Of a DNA stretch of 64,000 nucleotides, positions 26,202-34,872 are shown in pieces. How positions within the stretch are numbered: the first letter of the stretch is position 1; the number at the start of each line of letters is the position of its first letter. This DNA comes from Nitrospirota bacterium (GTDB lineage Bacteria > Nitrospirota > Thermodesulfovibrionia > Thermodesulfovibrionales > Dissulfurispiraceae): assembly GCA_963710375.1 (NCBI GenBank), contig CAVPZX010000007.1, forward strand, positions 22,826 through 86,825. The letters run 5' to 3'. The position numbers were made by a program, and so were the translations under genes. Below the pieces are notes generated by a model that worked only from the letters and a program-made list of their open reading frames with translations, searched no databases and was not told where the DNA came from.

Positions 26202-27029
26202 ATGGTTTCCGGTTTGGCAAGGGATACGATACGTCTTGCCCTTCTCGAAGATCTCGGACATGGCGATATAACCTCATTGCTGATCGTGGCGGAAGGCAAG
26301 GTTGCGAAAGCAACCATACGCGCTAAAGAAGACCTCGTCGTGGCCGGAATGCCTTTTGTCAAAGAGGTTTTTTCGGTAGTTGATCCCTGCATAGAAATAA
26401 AATCTTTTTTTAATGAGGGTGACGAGATAGTAAAGGGAGCGGTAATAGCAGAGGTGACGGGAAATGCGCGGGCACTGCTCGCAGGAGAGCGGACTGCGCT
26501 TAACTTACTTCAGCGTGTATCCGGCATCGCAACGCTGACGCATTCGTACAAGAAGCTTGTTTCAGACCTGAGAGTCAAAATTGTTGACACGCGGAAGACC
26601 TCGCCCGGAATGCGTTTTTTTGAAAAGTATGGGGTCCGCACCGGCGGCGGTGATAATCATCGTTACGGGCTTTATGACGGAGTGCTCATAAAAGACAACC
26701 ACATCAGAATTGCCGGAGGGATCAAGGAAGCTGTGAGGCTGGCAAAAAAAACTCACCACTTGTTGAAGATAGAAGTGGAAGTCGGAAATTTTGATGAACT
26801 CCGGGAAGCTCTGGACGCAGGGGCGGATGTAATTATGCTCGATAACATGTCCTCAAGTGATATGACGCAGGCTGTAAAGATTACAAACGGCAGGGCACTT
26901 CTTGAGGCATCAGGCAATATAAATATTGATAATATCAGAACAATTGCAGAAACCGGAGTTGACCTGATATCCATCGGTGCCCTGACTCATTCAGCAAGGG
27001 CTGTGGATATAAGCATGAAAATAGTCTGA
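26202..27029 (+). CDS. nadC: Nicotinate-nucleotide diphosphorylase (carboxylating)
   Basis: LLEDLGHGDITS ... GERTALNLLQRVSGIAT ... DTRKTSPGMR ... MLDNM. I chose the start at 26202 (MVSGLARD). Confidence 0.9.
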   Translation: MVSGLARDTIRLALLEDLGHGDITSLLIVAEGKVAKATIRAKEDLVVAGMPFVKEVFSVVDPCIEIKSFFNEGDEIVKGAVIAEVTGNARALLAGERTALNLLQRVSGIATLTHSYKKLVSDLRVKIVDTRKTSPGMRFFEKYGVRTGGGDNHRYGLYDGVLIKDNHIRIAGGIKEAVRLAKKTHHLLKIEVEVGNFDELREALDAGADVIMLDNMSSSDMTQAVKITNGRALLEASGNINIDNIRTIAETGVDLISIGALTHSARAVDISMKIV

Positions 27030-27032
27030 ATT

Positions 27033-28064
27033 ATGGAAGAAATTACATATAAGAAAGCAGGTGTTGATATTGACGAGGGGGACCGCTTTGTCCGCCTTAT
27101 TTCACCTGTTGTAAGAAAAACGTTCAGGCCTGAAGTCCTCACTGACATCGGTTCCTTCGGCGCCTTATTTAAGCTTGACACCGTACGTTATAAAGATCCG
27201 GTGCTGGTGAGCGGGACCGACGGCGTAGGGACGAAACTCAAAATAGCATTCATGGCGGACAAGCATGATACAGTGGGCATTGACCTTGTGGCAATGTGTG
27301 TTAATGATATTATCACCCTTGGTGCAGAACCGCTTTTTTTTCTCGATTATTTTGCCACTGGTAAGCTCGATGCAGATAAGGCCAAGGATGTGGTCAAGGG
27401 CATTGCCGACGGATGCAGCGAGGCGGGGTGTTCTCTGATCGGAGGAGAGACCGCTGAAATGCCCGGTTTTTACCAGGACAAGGAATATGATCTTGCAGGT
27501 TTTGCTGTAGGAGTCGTCGAAAAAAGCGGTATTGTGAGCGGCGAAAGGATCGAAGCCGGCGATGCGATTATAGGGATAGCATCGAGCGGTCTTCACAGCA
27601 ATGGATATTCCCTGGCCAGGAAGATTTTTTTTGAAGTCGCGCATTTTGAGGTTGATAAATACATGCCTGAGCTGAACGCTTCACTCGGGGAGATACTGCT
27701 TGCCCCGACAAGAATATATGTCAATGCCGTTAATGCGCTTAAAGAACACGCCGACATAAAAGGAATGGCGCATATCACCGGAGGCGGTATTACCGGCAAT
27801 GTGCCCAGGATTTTAAGGGACGGACTTACCGCTGTGATAAAGGAGAACTCGTGGCCTGTCCCGCCGGTTTTTAATGTCCTGAAGGCTCTGGGCAATGTTC
27901 CGGACAGCGATATGAAAAAAACATTTAATTTGGGTATCGGTTATGTTATAGTAGTTCCTGAAGAAGTTTCTGACCTGTCCATTTCAAATTTAAAACATTA
28001 TGGATTTGATGCATATCATATTGGTTTTGTTGAAAAGGGAGGGGGAAAAATTCGGTATGCATAA
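27033..28064 (+). CDS. purM: Phosphoribosylformylglycinamidine cyclo-ligase (AIR synthetase)
   Basis: YKKAGVDIDEGD ... GTDGVGTKLKIA ... DLVAMCVNDI ... GGETAEMPG ... HITGGG. Confidence 0.95.
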   Translation: MEEITYKKAGVDIDEGDRFVRLISPVVRKTFRPEVLTDIGSFGALFKLDTVRYKDPVLVSGTDGVGTKLKIAFMADKHDTVGIDLVAMCVNDIITLGAEPLFFLDYFATGKLDADKAKDVVKGIADGCSEAGCSLIGGETAEMPGFYQDKEYDLAGFAVGVVEKSGIVSGERIEAGDAIIGIASSGLHSNGYSLARKIFFEVAHFEVDKYMPELNASLGEILLAPTRIYVNAVNALKEHADIKGMAHITGGGITGNVPRILRDGLTAVIKENSWPVPPVFNVLKALGNVPDSDMKKTFNLGIGYVIVVPEEVSDLSISNLKHYGFDAYHIGFVEKGGGKIRYA

Positions 28065-28923
28065 AGCAAAAATTCTTCTAAGAAGGCTTTTCACTCCCGT
28101 TTCCATAATGCTCATCCCCCATGACAGCAAGCGCACCATAAATTTTAAATTGCCGTCGATCGGCATTGTTGCTTCGGTAATTCTATGGATTGTGGGCTCA
28201 GTCTACGTTATTTCTATTGCTGTCAGCACTGTCGAATACTACCAAATGAAGAACAAACTGAGTTTTTATACCGCCCAGTTTACTCAACTGCAGTCCACCA
28301 TAACTTCTCTGAAAAAAGCCGAGTTGGAATTTGAAAGGCTGTTGTCATTCGGGACCAAAAATAAAATACTCGAAAATGTCGACACTAAGATGACCGCTCA
28401 TGATACCGGTTCAATCGATATGGACTTGTTGCAGGAGCAGATAAGAAAAACGGTTGAAAGCGTCGGGGCAATAAAAGACTTCTTGAAAGGCCAGAAAGAT
28501 ATTTATGTTGCGACACCGAGAGGGTGGCCCATTGACGGCAGGGTCACATCTGAATTCGGACCCAGAGAAAATCCGAGGGACGGCAGTCCGGAATTCCATT
28601 CAGGCATCGACATATCAGCTCGGGATGGTACCCCGGTACGGGCGACCGCCGATGGCATTGTCAGTTTCGCCGGTTGGAGCAAGGGCAGCGGGAATCTTGT
28701 AGTTCTCGAACACGGGTTCAGTTATTCCACATGTTATGCGCATAATAGTTCAATTATAGTGAGTGTGGGGAAGAAGGTGCGTAGAGGTGATATTATCTCG
28801 TACTCCGGCTCCACTGGCGATTCTACCGGACCTCACCTTCACTATGAGGTACGGCATGATGGCAAAGCGATTAATCCACGCGAATTTATTATGGAGGCAA
28901 GGAATGTTCACAAGGAAAAATAA
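28057..28923 (+). CDS. Membrane-anchored M23-family metallopeptidase
   Basis: N-terminal TM helix, coiled coil, HSGIDISARDGTPVRATADG (HxxxD) and GDSTGPHLHYEV (HxH). I chose the start at 28057. Confidence 0.85.
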   Translation: MHKAKILLRRLFTPVSIMLIPHDSKRTINFKLPSIGIVASVILWIVGSVYVISIAVSTVEYYQMKNKLSFYTAQFTQLQSTITSLKKAELEFERLLSFGTKNKILENVDTKMTAHDTGSIDMDLLQEQIRKTVESVGAIKDFLKGQKDIYVATPRGWPIDGRVTSEFGPRENPRDGSPEFHSGIDISARDGTPVRATADGIVSFAGWSKGSGNLVVLEHGFSYSTCYAHNSSIIVSVGKKVRRGDIISYSGSTGDSTGPHLHYEVRHDGKAINPREFIMEARNVHKEK

Positions 28924-29284
28924 TAAACTGGAAGCCCTGATAGGTCCGAATTCGGAATTCAGGGGAGATATTACGACGCAGGGCACATTTCGAATTGACG
29001 GCGTCTTTTCCGGCAATATCATTGCTGACTGGGTCATTCTCGGCGAAAGCGGCTCTATTAATGGTGATATAACGGCCCGTTCTGTCATCATCGGCGGCAA
29101 AGTGGACGGCAATGTGAGGGCCGAGGAACTTGTGGAGATCAAACATACTGGTCAGCTCACGGGAGACATCAATACAAGAAAGTTGTCTGTTGCCGAAGGC
29201 GGGGTCTTTGAAGGACGTTCCCTGGTACAGAAGGATGAGTCCAAGATAGTCGATTTCCCCGGCAAAGAAGCGCTTACCAAATAA
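28904..29284 (+). CDS. Bactofilin (polymer-forming cytoskeletal protein, DUF583)
   Basis: GPNSEFRGDITTQGTFRIDGVFSGNIIADWVILGESGSINGDITARSVIIGGKVDGNVRAEELVEI is the classic bactofilin beta-helix repeat. It overlaps the M23 gene by 20 nt. Confidence 0.85.
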   Translation: MFTRKNNKLEALIGPNSEFRGDITTQGTFRIDGVFSGNIIADWVILGESGSINGDITARSVIIGGKVDGNVRAEELVEIKHTGQLTGDINTRKLSVAEGGVFEGRSLVQKDESKIVDFPGKEALTK

Positions 29285-29303
29285 AGCGCTAACCTCTTTT
29301 TAG

Positions 29304-31232
29304 ATGAAACAGGTTTTTCTTGAAACCGCATCGCTTGAAAAAGCCCTTGAGCTTCTCTTCAGGCGCCTTGACGAGCTTGGATTGAAGGCCCTTCCTGCCG
29401 AGATTGTCCGTGTTATCGATACTCTAGGGAGGGTTGCTGCAGAGCCGGTTTTTGCAAAGTATTCGTCTCCTTTTTATCATTCCGCTGCGATGGACGGCTA
29501 TGCAGTCAGGTGTGCGGATACGTTTACAGCTGCTGAAACAGCTCCACTTTTGTTGAAGACCGGCAGTCAAGCAATCTATGTTGATACCGGCGATCCAATG
29601 CCGGAAGGATTCAATGCAGTCATCATGATAGAAGATGTGAATCTGTCTGGTGGTCATATCGAGATTTACCAACCAGTGACTCCTTACCAGAATGTGCGGA
29701 CAATCGGTGAAGATATTGTAGCTACGGAGTTGATAATTCCTGAAAATCATATTATAAGACCGATTGACATAGGAGCGATGCTTGCCAGCGGGCATCTCGA
29801 AATAAAGGTCAGGAGAAAGCCCATACTGGCCATTATCCCTACAGGTACCGAAATCATTGAGCCTGAAAAGGTGAAAGAGCGCCCGCCGGTTCCACCGGAA
29901 ATTATCGAATATAATTCTGCAATGCTTCAGGGACTTGCTCTGGACCTCAATACAGAACCCATACGGTTCACTATTGTTAAAGATGATCTTGAAGCCATTA
30001 GAAAGGCTCTCTACGATGCATCCCTGTTGTCAGATATTGTTGTTATTAATGCGGGTGCTGGAAGAGGTTCAGAAGATTACACTCTTGAGGCGATACGATC
30101 TCTTGGAGAGGTGCTCGTCAACGGTGTATCTATTAAGCCCGGGAAGCCTGTTATCATCGGCATTATTAACAACAAACCGGTATTCGGCATCCCCGGGTAT
30201 CCTGTATCAGCCTACATCACTTTCCAACTTTTTGTCAGGCCTGTAGTAGCAAGGTTGTCAGCTGTACCAGCATTAGTCGGTGAGGAGATACAAGCGGTAA
30301 TTTCGAGGCAAATAGCATCATCGCTTGGCATCGATGAATTCATCCGGGTGAAAGTGGGAGTTGTCGGCGATAAGCAGATCGCAACCCCGGTTGGCAGGGG
30401 AGCTGGATTGCTTATGTCACTGGTGAGGGCTGATGGAATAATTAAAATACCAGCAGATTCAGAGGGATTGAGTGCAGGACATAAAGTAACAGTTGAGCTG
30501 CTGAGGAATAAGGACGAGATAAAAAACACTATTGTCTGCATTGGAAGCCATGATAATACACTCGATTTATTGGCCAATAGTATAAAAAAGAATTATCCTG
30601 ACTACTCATTGTCCTCTGCCCATGTAGGGTCTATGGGAGGATTGATGGCTCTCAAACGGGGAGAGGCGCATTGTGCCGGAACACATCTGCTCGATGAAAG
30701 CTCCGGAGAATATAATGTACCCTTCATGAAACAGTTTTTTCCGGATCGGAAAATGGTTCTCGTAAATCTTGTATACCGGCAGCAGGGACTTCTTATAAAG
30801 AAAGATAATCCTAAAAATATAAACGGATTTGAAGACCTCCTGAGGGATGATGTGCTATTTATAAACAGGCAGCCGGGTTCAGGCACGCGATTGCTGCTCG
30901 ATAAATATCTTAAAGAAAAGGGCATCAGTCCGTCTATGATCAAAGGGTATGAAAAGGACGAATACACGCATATGGCTGTTGCATCGGCTGTGCTAACAGG
31001 ACTTGCCGATACAGGGCTTGCCATTTACTCATCCGCAAAGGCACTCGATCTTAATTTTATCCCTGTTGCCAACGAACGCTATGATATTGCAATCCCGTAT
31101 GAGTTCATGGAGACAGAGATGCTTCATATTATGCTTCGGGTAATACGGGAGGATGAAGAATTCAGGAGTACAGTGCGGTCCCTGGGCGGGTATGATACCA
31201 GGGACATGGGGAAGGTGCTTTTTGAGGGTTAG
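29304..31232 (+). CDS. moeA: Molybdopterin molybdenumtransferase MoeA fused to a C-terminal periplasmic-binding-protein-like domain
   Basis: SPFYHSAAMDGYAV ... PIPTGTEI ... INAGAGRGSEDY ... GIPGYPVSAY, followed by about 230 aa of PBP-like sequence (IVCIGSHDNTLDLL ... INRQPGSGTR). Confidence 0.85.
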   Translation: MKQVFLETASLEKALELLFRRLDELGLKALPAEIVRVIDTLGRVAAEPVFAKYSSPFYHSAAMDGYAVRCADTFTAAETAPLLLKTGSQAIYVDTGDPMPEGFNAVIMIEDVNLSGGHIEIYQPVTPYQNVRTIGEDIVATELIIPENHIIRPIDIGAMLASGHLEIKVRRKPILAIIPTGTEIIEPEKVKERPPVPPEIIEYNSAMLQGLALDLNTEPIRFTIVKDDLEAIRKALYDASLLSDIVVINAGAGRGSEDYTLEAIRSLGEVLVNGVSIKPGKPVIIGIINNKPVFGIPGYPVSAYITFQLFVRPVVARLSAVPALVGEEIQAVISRQIASSLGIDEFIRVKVGVVGDKQIATPVGRGAGLLMSLVRADGIIKIPADSEGLSAGHKVTVELLRNKDEIKNTIVCIGSHDNTLDLLANSIKKNYPDYSLSSAHVGSMGGLMALKRGEAHCAGTHLLDESSGEYNVPFMKQFFPDRKMVLVNLVYRQQGLLIKKDNPKNINGFEDLLRDDVLFINRQPGSGTRLLLDKYLKEKGISPSMIKGYEKDEYTHMAVASAVLTGLADTGLAIYSSAKALDLNFIPVANERYDIAIPYEFMETEMLHIMLRVIREDEEFRSTVRSLGGYDTRDMGKVLFEG

Positions 31233-31243
31233 TGCGCGAGCCC

Positions 31244-32404
31244 TCAGTCTGTTTTTATCGGTAACTCGCTGAAACTTATATCTGGGTCGTTATCCGGGAT
31301 AATGCGTTTGGCCCCGATAAAATGCCTGAAATAGTAAGGGGTTTCGAGACTGTCGATCGTTATCTTTTTGGAAAGCGAAGATGCATGAATAAAAAGATTA
31401 TTCCCCAGGTATATCCCTACATGCGAGGGAAACGATGCATATGTTCTGAAAAAGACGAGATCTCCTGTTGCAAGGTCATCTTTGTCAACAGATTCACCGA
31501 TGTTAAACTGCTCACGGGCACTGCGCGGAATATTCTGTCCGATAAAGCTATACACTTTTTGTACATACGCAGAGCAATCCAGTCCGAAAGACCCGTTTCC
31601 GCCGAAACGGTAGGGGAGGTGAAGCATTTTTTTGGCAAAAAGAACCAGGCGTTCTTGTATGCTTAGATCTGCAAGAACATCTTCTGAAGTAGACAGTTCT
31701 TTGACTTCTTCCAGACGGGCTGAAGTAACGGCTGGTGTGGCTTTTTCAGCAGGAATGCCGTAAGCTTTAGTCGTCTCTTCCTTCACCTCGGTGTTTATTT
31801 TTGCAAGGTAAATTTTTTGACCTGCTTTTAGGGCATTGCCTTTCAACCCGTTTATTTCTTTCAGATCATCTCCGCTAAGCCTGAACCGCTTTGCAACTTT
31901 GCGGACAGTATCTCCTTTTCTGGCAACATATGTATTGGGCGTATGACTTCTGCGTTTGATTGAAATGTGCTGACCGACCTTTAATCTGCCTTTCTTAAGG
32001 TTATTGGCATTTCGTAATTCATTTACTGTGATCCCGTACTTTTTTGCAACCGATATTAACGTGTCTCCTTTTTTTACTATATGAACTGTCTCCTTGATTT
32101 CAGTTGATGGTTTATTAGAGACCAAATGTTTTGCCGGATATTTTTTGGAACTATGAGCGGCCTCTTTATTCCTGTGTTTTTTTTCAGAATTCGGAAGGGA
32201 CAGCTTTGTCCCTATACTTAATTTGGAAGACTTCAGCCCGTTGGATTCTTTAATTTCGGAAACGCTGATGCTGTACTTTTTTGAAATCCTCTGTAATGTA
32301 TCGCCCTTCCTTACCGAGTAAGAGATATGTGCTGATGATGTTGAAGCGAAAGAAACAAGAATGATAAAGGATAGTATTGCATATAAACCTTTCAGCTGTT
32401 TCAT
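31244..32404 (-). CDS. Secreted cell-wall hydrolase: 4 LysM repeats plus an NlpC/P60 domain
   Basis: Repeated YxVxKGDTLxxIAKKY..xxxLxxxNxL units. C-terminal GLDCSAYVQKVY ... GDLVFF ... SHVGIYLG (Cys/His catalytic pair). Confidence 0.85.
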   Translation of the reverse strand: MKQLKGLYAILSFIILVSFASTSSAHISYSVRKGDTLQRISKKYSISVSEIKESNGLKSSKLSIGTKLSLPNSEKKHRNKEAAHSSKKYPAKHLVSNKPSTEIKETVHIVKKGDTLISVAKKYGITVNELRNANNLKKGRLKVGQHISIKRRSHTPNTYVARKGDTVRKVAKRFRLSGDDLKEINGLKGNALKAGQKIYLAKINTEVKEETTKAYGIPAEKATPAVTSARLEEVKELSTSEDVLADLSIQERLVLFAKKMLHLPYRFGGNGSFGLDCSAYVQKVYSFIGQNIPRSAREQFNIGESVDKDDLATGDLVFFRTYASFPSHVGIYLGNNLFIHASSLSKKITIDSLETPYYFRHFIGAKRIIPDNDPDISFSELPIKTD

Positions 32405-32426
32405 GCTGCATCCTCCCGTTTAAAGC

Positions 32427-32452
32427 AGGTTAAGGCAAAGGTTAAGGTTGAG
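32427..32452. repeat. Word-repeat element, AAGGTT words, purine arm only
   Basis: aggttaaggcaaaggttaaggttgag. It uses the same words as 16261-16287. Confidence 0.5.
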
Positions 32453-32472
32453 AAAAACCCTTGACCTTTTTT

Positions 32473-33003
32473 TCATGCTGCATCTTCCTTTAAAAAATCA
32501 CTGATAGGCGGCAATTCGCTTAAACTTTTGAGACCAAAATATTGCAAGAACTCCTTTGTCGTACCATAAAGAAAAGGCCTGCCCGGCGTCTCCTTTTTGC
32601 CGACAATTTTAATAAAATGCTTATCCAGCACGCTCTTGATTGGACCATCAGAATTAACACCCCGCAGCTGGTCTACCTCGAGTTTTGTTACAGGCTGCTT
32701 GTATGCAATAATAGCGAGTGTTTCAAGGGCAGGCTGCGAGAGTTTGTTTGACTGGCTGACGTGTTTAAAACGCTTAATCCAGAGGGCATGATCCTGATCG
32801 GTGACCATCTGGTATCCCTCAGCAATACCAATGACAAGGATACCGGAATTCCTAGACTTATAGTTGGATGCCAATTCATCCAGCAGTTTCTTGATTTCCT
32901 GTTCAGGGAGATCCGTAGCCTTTGAAAGGCTGCTGATGGTTACGGGTTCTCCGGCAACAAATAGCAGCGCCTCAAGAACCGCTTTTTTAAGGGAATCCTC
33001 CAT
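32473..33003 (-). CDS. scpB: Segregation and condensation protein B
   Basis: LKKAVLEALLFVAGEPVTI ... ETLAIIAYKQPVTKLEVDQLRGVNSD ... GRPFLYGTTKEFL. Confidence 0.85.
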   Translation of the reverse strand: MEDSLKKAVLEALLFVAGEPVTISSLSKATDLPEQEIKKLLDELASNYKSRNSGILVIGIAEGYQMVTDQDHALWIKRFKHVSQSNKLSQPALETLAIIAYKQPVTKLEVDQLRGVNSDGPIKSVLDKHFIKIVGKKETPGRPFLYGTTKEFLQYFGLKSLSELPPISDFLKEDAA

Positions 33004-33099
33004 TGCTGAACATTATAACAAAGCGTTACTTGAAATTCAAACAAATAATTGGTTAAAGTAAACGAGTAGTGGGTCAAAGCAGCGCCGGAGAGAGCGTTT

Positions 33100-33157
33100 A
33101 CCACAGAGCCACTGAAACACAGAGGATAAAATGCCTGTATCTGTGCCACTGTGGCTG
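33100..33157. repeat. Degenerate word-repeat hairpin element, CACAGAG words
   Basis: accacagagccactgaaacacagagg faces cctgtatctgtgccactgtggctg. The complementarity is only partial. Confidence 0.35.
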
Positions 33158-33194
33158 ATTTTAACAATACAAATTACTTTGCGAGGGGACATAA

Positions 33195-33980
33195 ATGATG
33201 ATTAGATTTGCCGCAGTGCTTGCCGCAGTGATTTTATTTTTTAATGCAGTTCCAGGTCACACTTTCAGTGAGAGCGGATGTGACGGTGATTGCAAAAAAT
33301 GTCATTCACTCACCAATGAGGAAGCTATGGGCATGCTCAAAAAAATGAACTCTGCTGCAAAAGTTGTCGGTATCCAAATGAGTCCTGTTAAGGGACTATG
33401 GGAAGTCACCATTGACAATATGGGCAGGAAAGGCATTTTCTATACGGATTTTTCAAAGAAATTTATGATAGCCGGACCTATCGTAGAGCTTGATAATGGA
33501 TCCAACAGGACGCGGGAAAGCGTTGAAAGATTACAGAACAACAGGAAAGTAGATGTATCGAAGATTCCCCTCGGCAATGCCCTGGTATTAGGCAGTCGCA
33601 GCGCTCATAAAAAAGTGATTGTTTTTACCGATCCGGATTGCCCGTTCTGTGCAAGACTCGACAAGGAGATGAGAAAGGTGGTGGAGGAAAGGAAGGATAT
33701 CGCTTTTTATATAAAATTGTTCCCTCTGCCTGCGCATAAAGATGCATATTGGAAGGCCACGGCTATAGAATGCAAGAGGTCATTGAAAATGATGGAGGAC
33801 AATTTTGAAGGCAGACCTATCAGTAGGGACAACTGTGGCACAAAGGAAATTGACGACAATATAAAACTTGCCCAATCCCTCGGCTTTTTTGGTACTCCAA
33901 CACTGGTGCTCCCTGGTGGGACTGTGCACGAAGGAACGCTGCCGGCAGATAAGCTTATAGAGCTTATCAATGTTAAATAA
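33195..33980 (+). CDS. DsbC/DsbG-like periplasmic disulfide isomerase with an N-terminal Cys cluster that includes CXXCH
   Basis: Signal peptide, GCDGDCKKCH, DsbC N-domain-like (VKGLWEV ... IFYTD), thioredoxin domain with DPDCPFCARL. Confidence 0.8.
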   Translation: MMIRFAAVLAAVILFFNAVPGHTFSESGCDGDCKKCHSLTNEEAMGMLKKMNSAAKVVGIQMSPVKGLWEVTIDNMGRKGIFYTDFSKKFMIAGPIVELDNGSNRTRESVERLQNNRKVDVSKIPLGNALVLGSRSAHKKVIVFTDPDCPFCARLDKEMRKVVEERKDIAFYIKLFPLPAHKDAYWKATAIECKRSLKMMEDNFEGRPISRDNCGTKEIDDNIKLAQSLGFFGTPTLVLPGGTVHEGTLPADKLIELINVK

Positions 33981-34007
33981 GCTTATACAACTTATCAGTG
34001 GTAGAAA

Positions 34008-34856
34008 ATGAGAGCTTACCACGAGACGCTGATTGTTTTATTGGCGGCCTCGCTTATTTTAGTCGTACTTTTTTTTCTCGCCGTTTATTTGCCCCGCCTT
34101 TTCAAGAAAAAGACACAGGAACCAGAACCTATTGAAATTAATACTCTTATGGGTGCTTTCAGTGCGCTTGGCGGTGAAATCAACTCCCTTAAAGAACAGC
34201 TCATATTGAAGGAAAGGCTTGCCGCGCTAGGAGAGGTGGCAGCAGGCATTGCTCACGAGTTCAGGAACCCCATGGGCGTTATTGCCGGGTATGCTAAGCT
34301 GCTCCTTAAAGGGCTGGAGGGTTCTGACGACAAAAAGGAAATTGTCCAGGCAATCCTGAATGAAATTGAAGAGATGAACCGGGTCATGGAAGAACTGCTG
34401 AAGTTTTCAAAATCCGAACCAATAAACAGGATAGACATAGACCTGGTAAGTTTTATTACGGATACTGTAAAGAGCATGGGGCAGACGGCATCCGAAATCA
34501 AATTCTCACCTTGTGGTCCTGTTTCAATCAAGGGAGATAAGACCCTTCTCAGACAGGCCCTTAAAAATCTTCTTCAGAACGCTGTCCATGCAGGCGATAA
34601 GATAAGGATAGATGTCGAACACACTGACCTGTCCGGCAGGCACGGGGTATATATTGCCATTAAGGATAACGGTAAAGGCATACCGGAGAGTGATTTTAAT
34701 AAGATATTCATGCCATTTTATACTACAAAGAGCAGGGGCGCAGGAATCGGGCTGGCTCTTGTGCAGAAGATTGCATTAGCTCATGGGGGCAGCGTGAGTG
34801 TGAACAGTAAAGAAGGGAAGGGCAGCACGTTCCGGCTGTTTTTGCCGGTGAATTAA
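34008..34856 (+). CDS. Minimal membrane-anchored sensor histidine kinase (TM + HisKA + HATPase_c)
   Basis: One TM helix, H-box AAGIAHEFRNPM, N-box LLQNAVHA, G-boxes DNGKGI and GAGIGLAL. Confidence 0.85.
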   Translation: MRAYHETLIVLLAASLILVVLFFLAVYLPRLFKKKTQEPEPIEINTLMGAFSALGGEINSLKEQLILKERLAALGEVAAGIAHEFRNPMGVIAGYAKLLLKGLEGSDDKKEIVQAILNEIEEMNRVMEELLKFSKSEPINRIDIDLVSFITDTVKSMGQTASEIKFSPCGPVSIKGDKTLLRQALKNLLQNAVHAGDKIRIDVEHTDLSGRHGVYIAIKDNGKGIPESDFNKIFMPFYTTKSRGAGIGLALVQKIALAHGGSVSVNSKEGKGSTFRLFLPVN

Positions 34857-34872
34857 TGGACAAACATTAATT

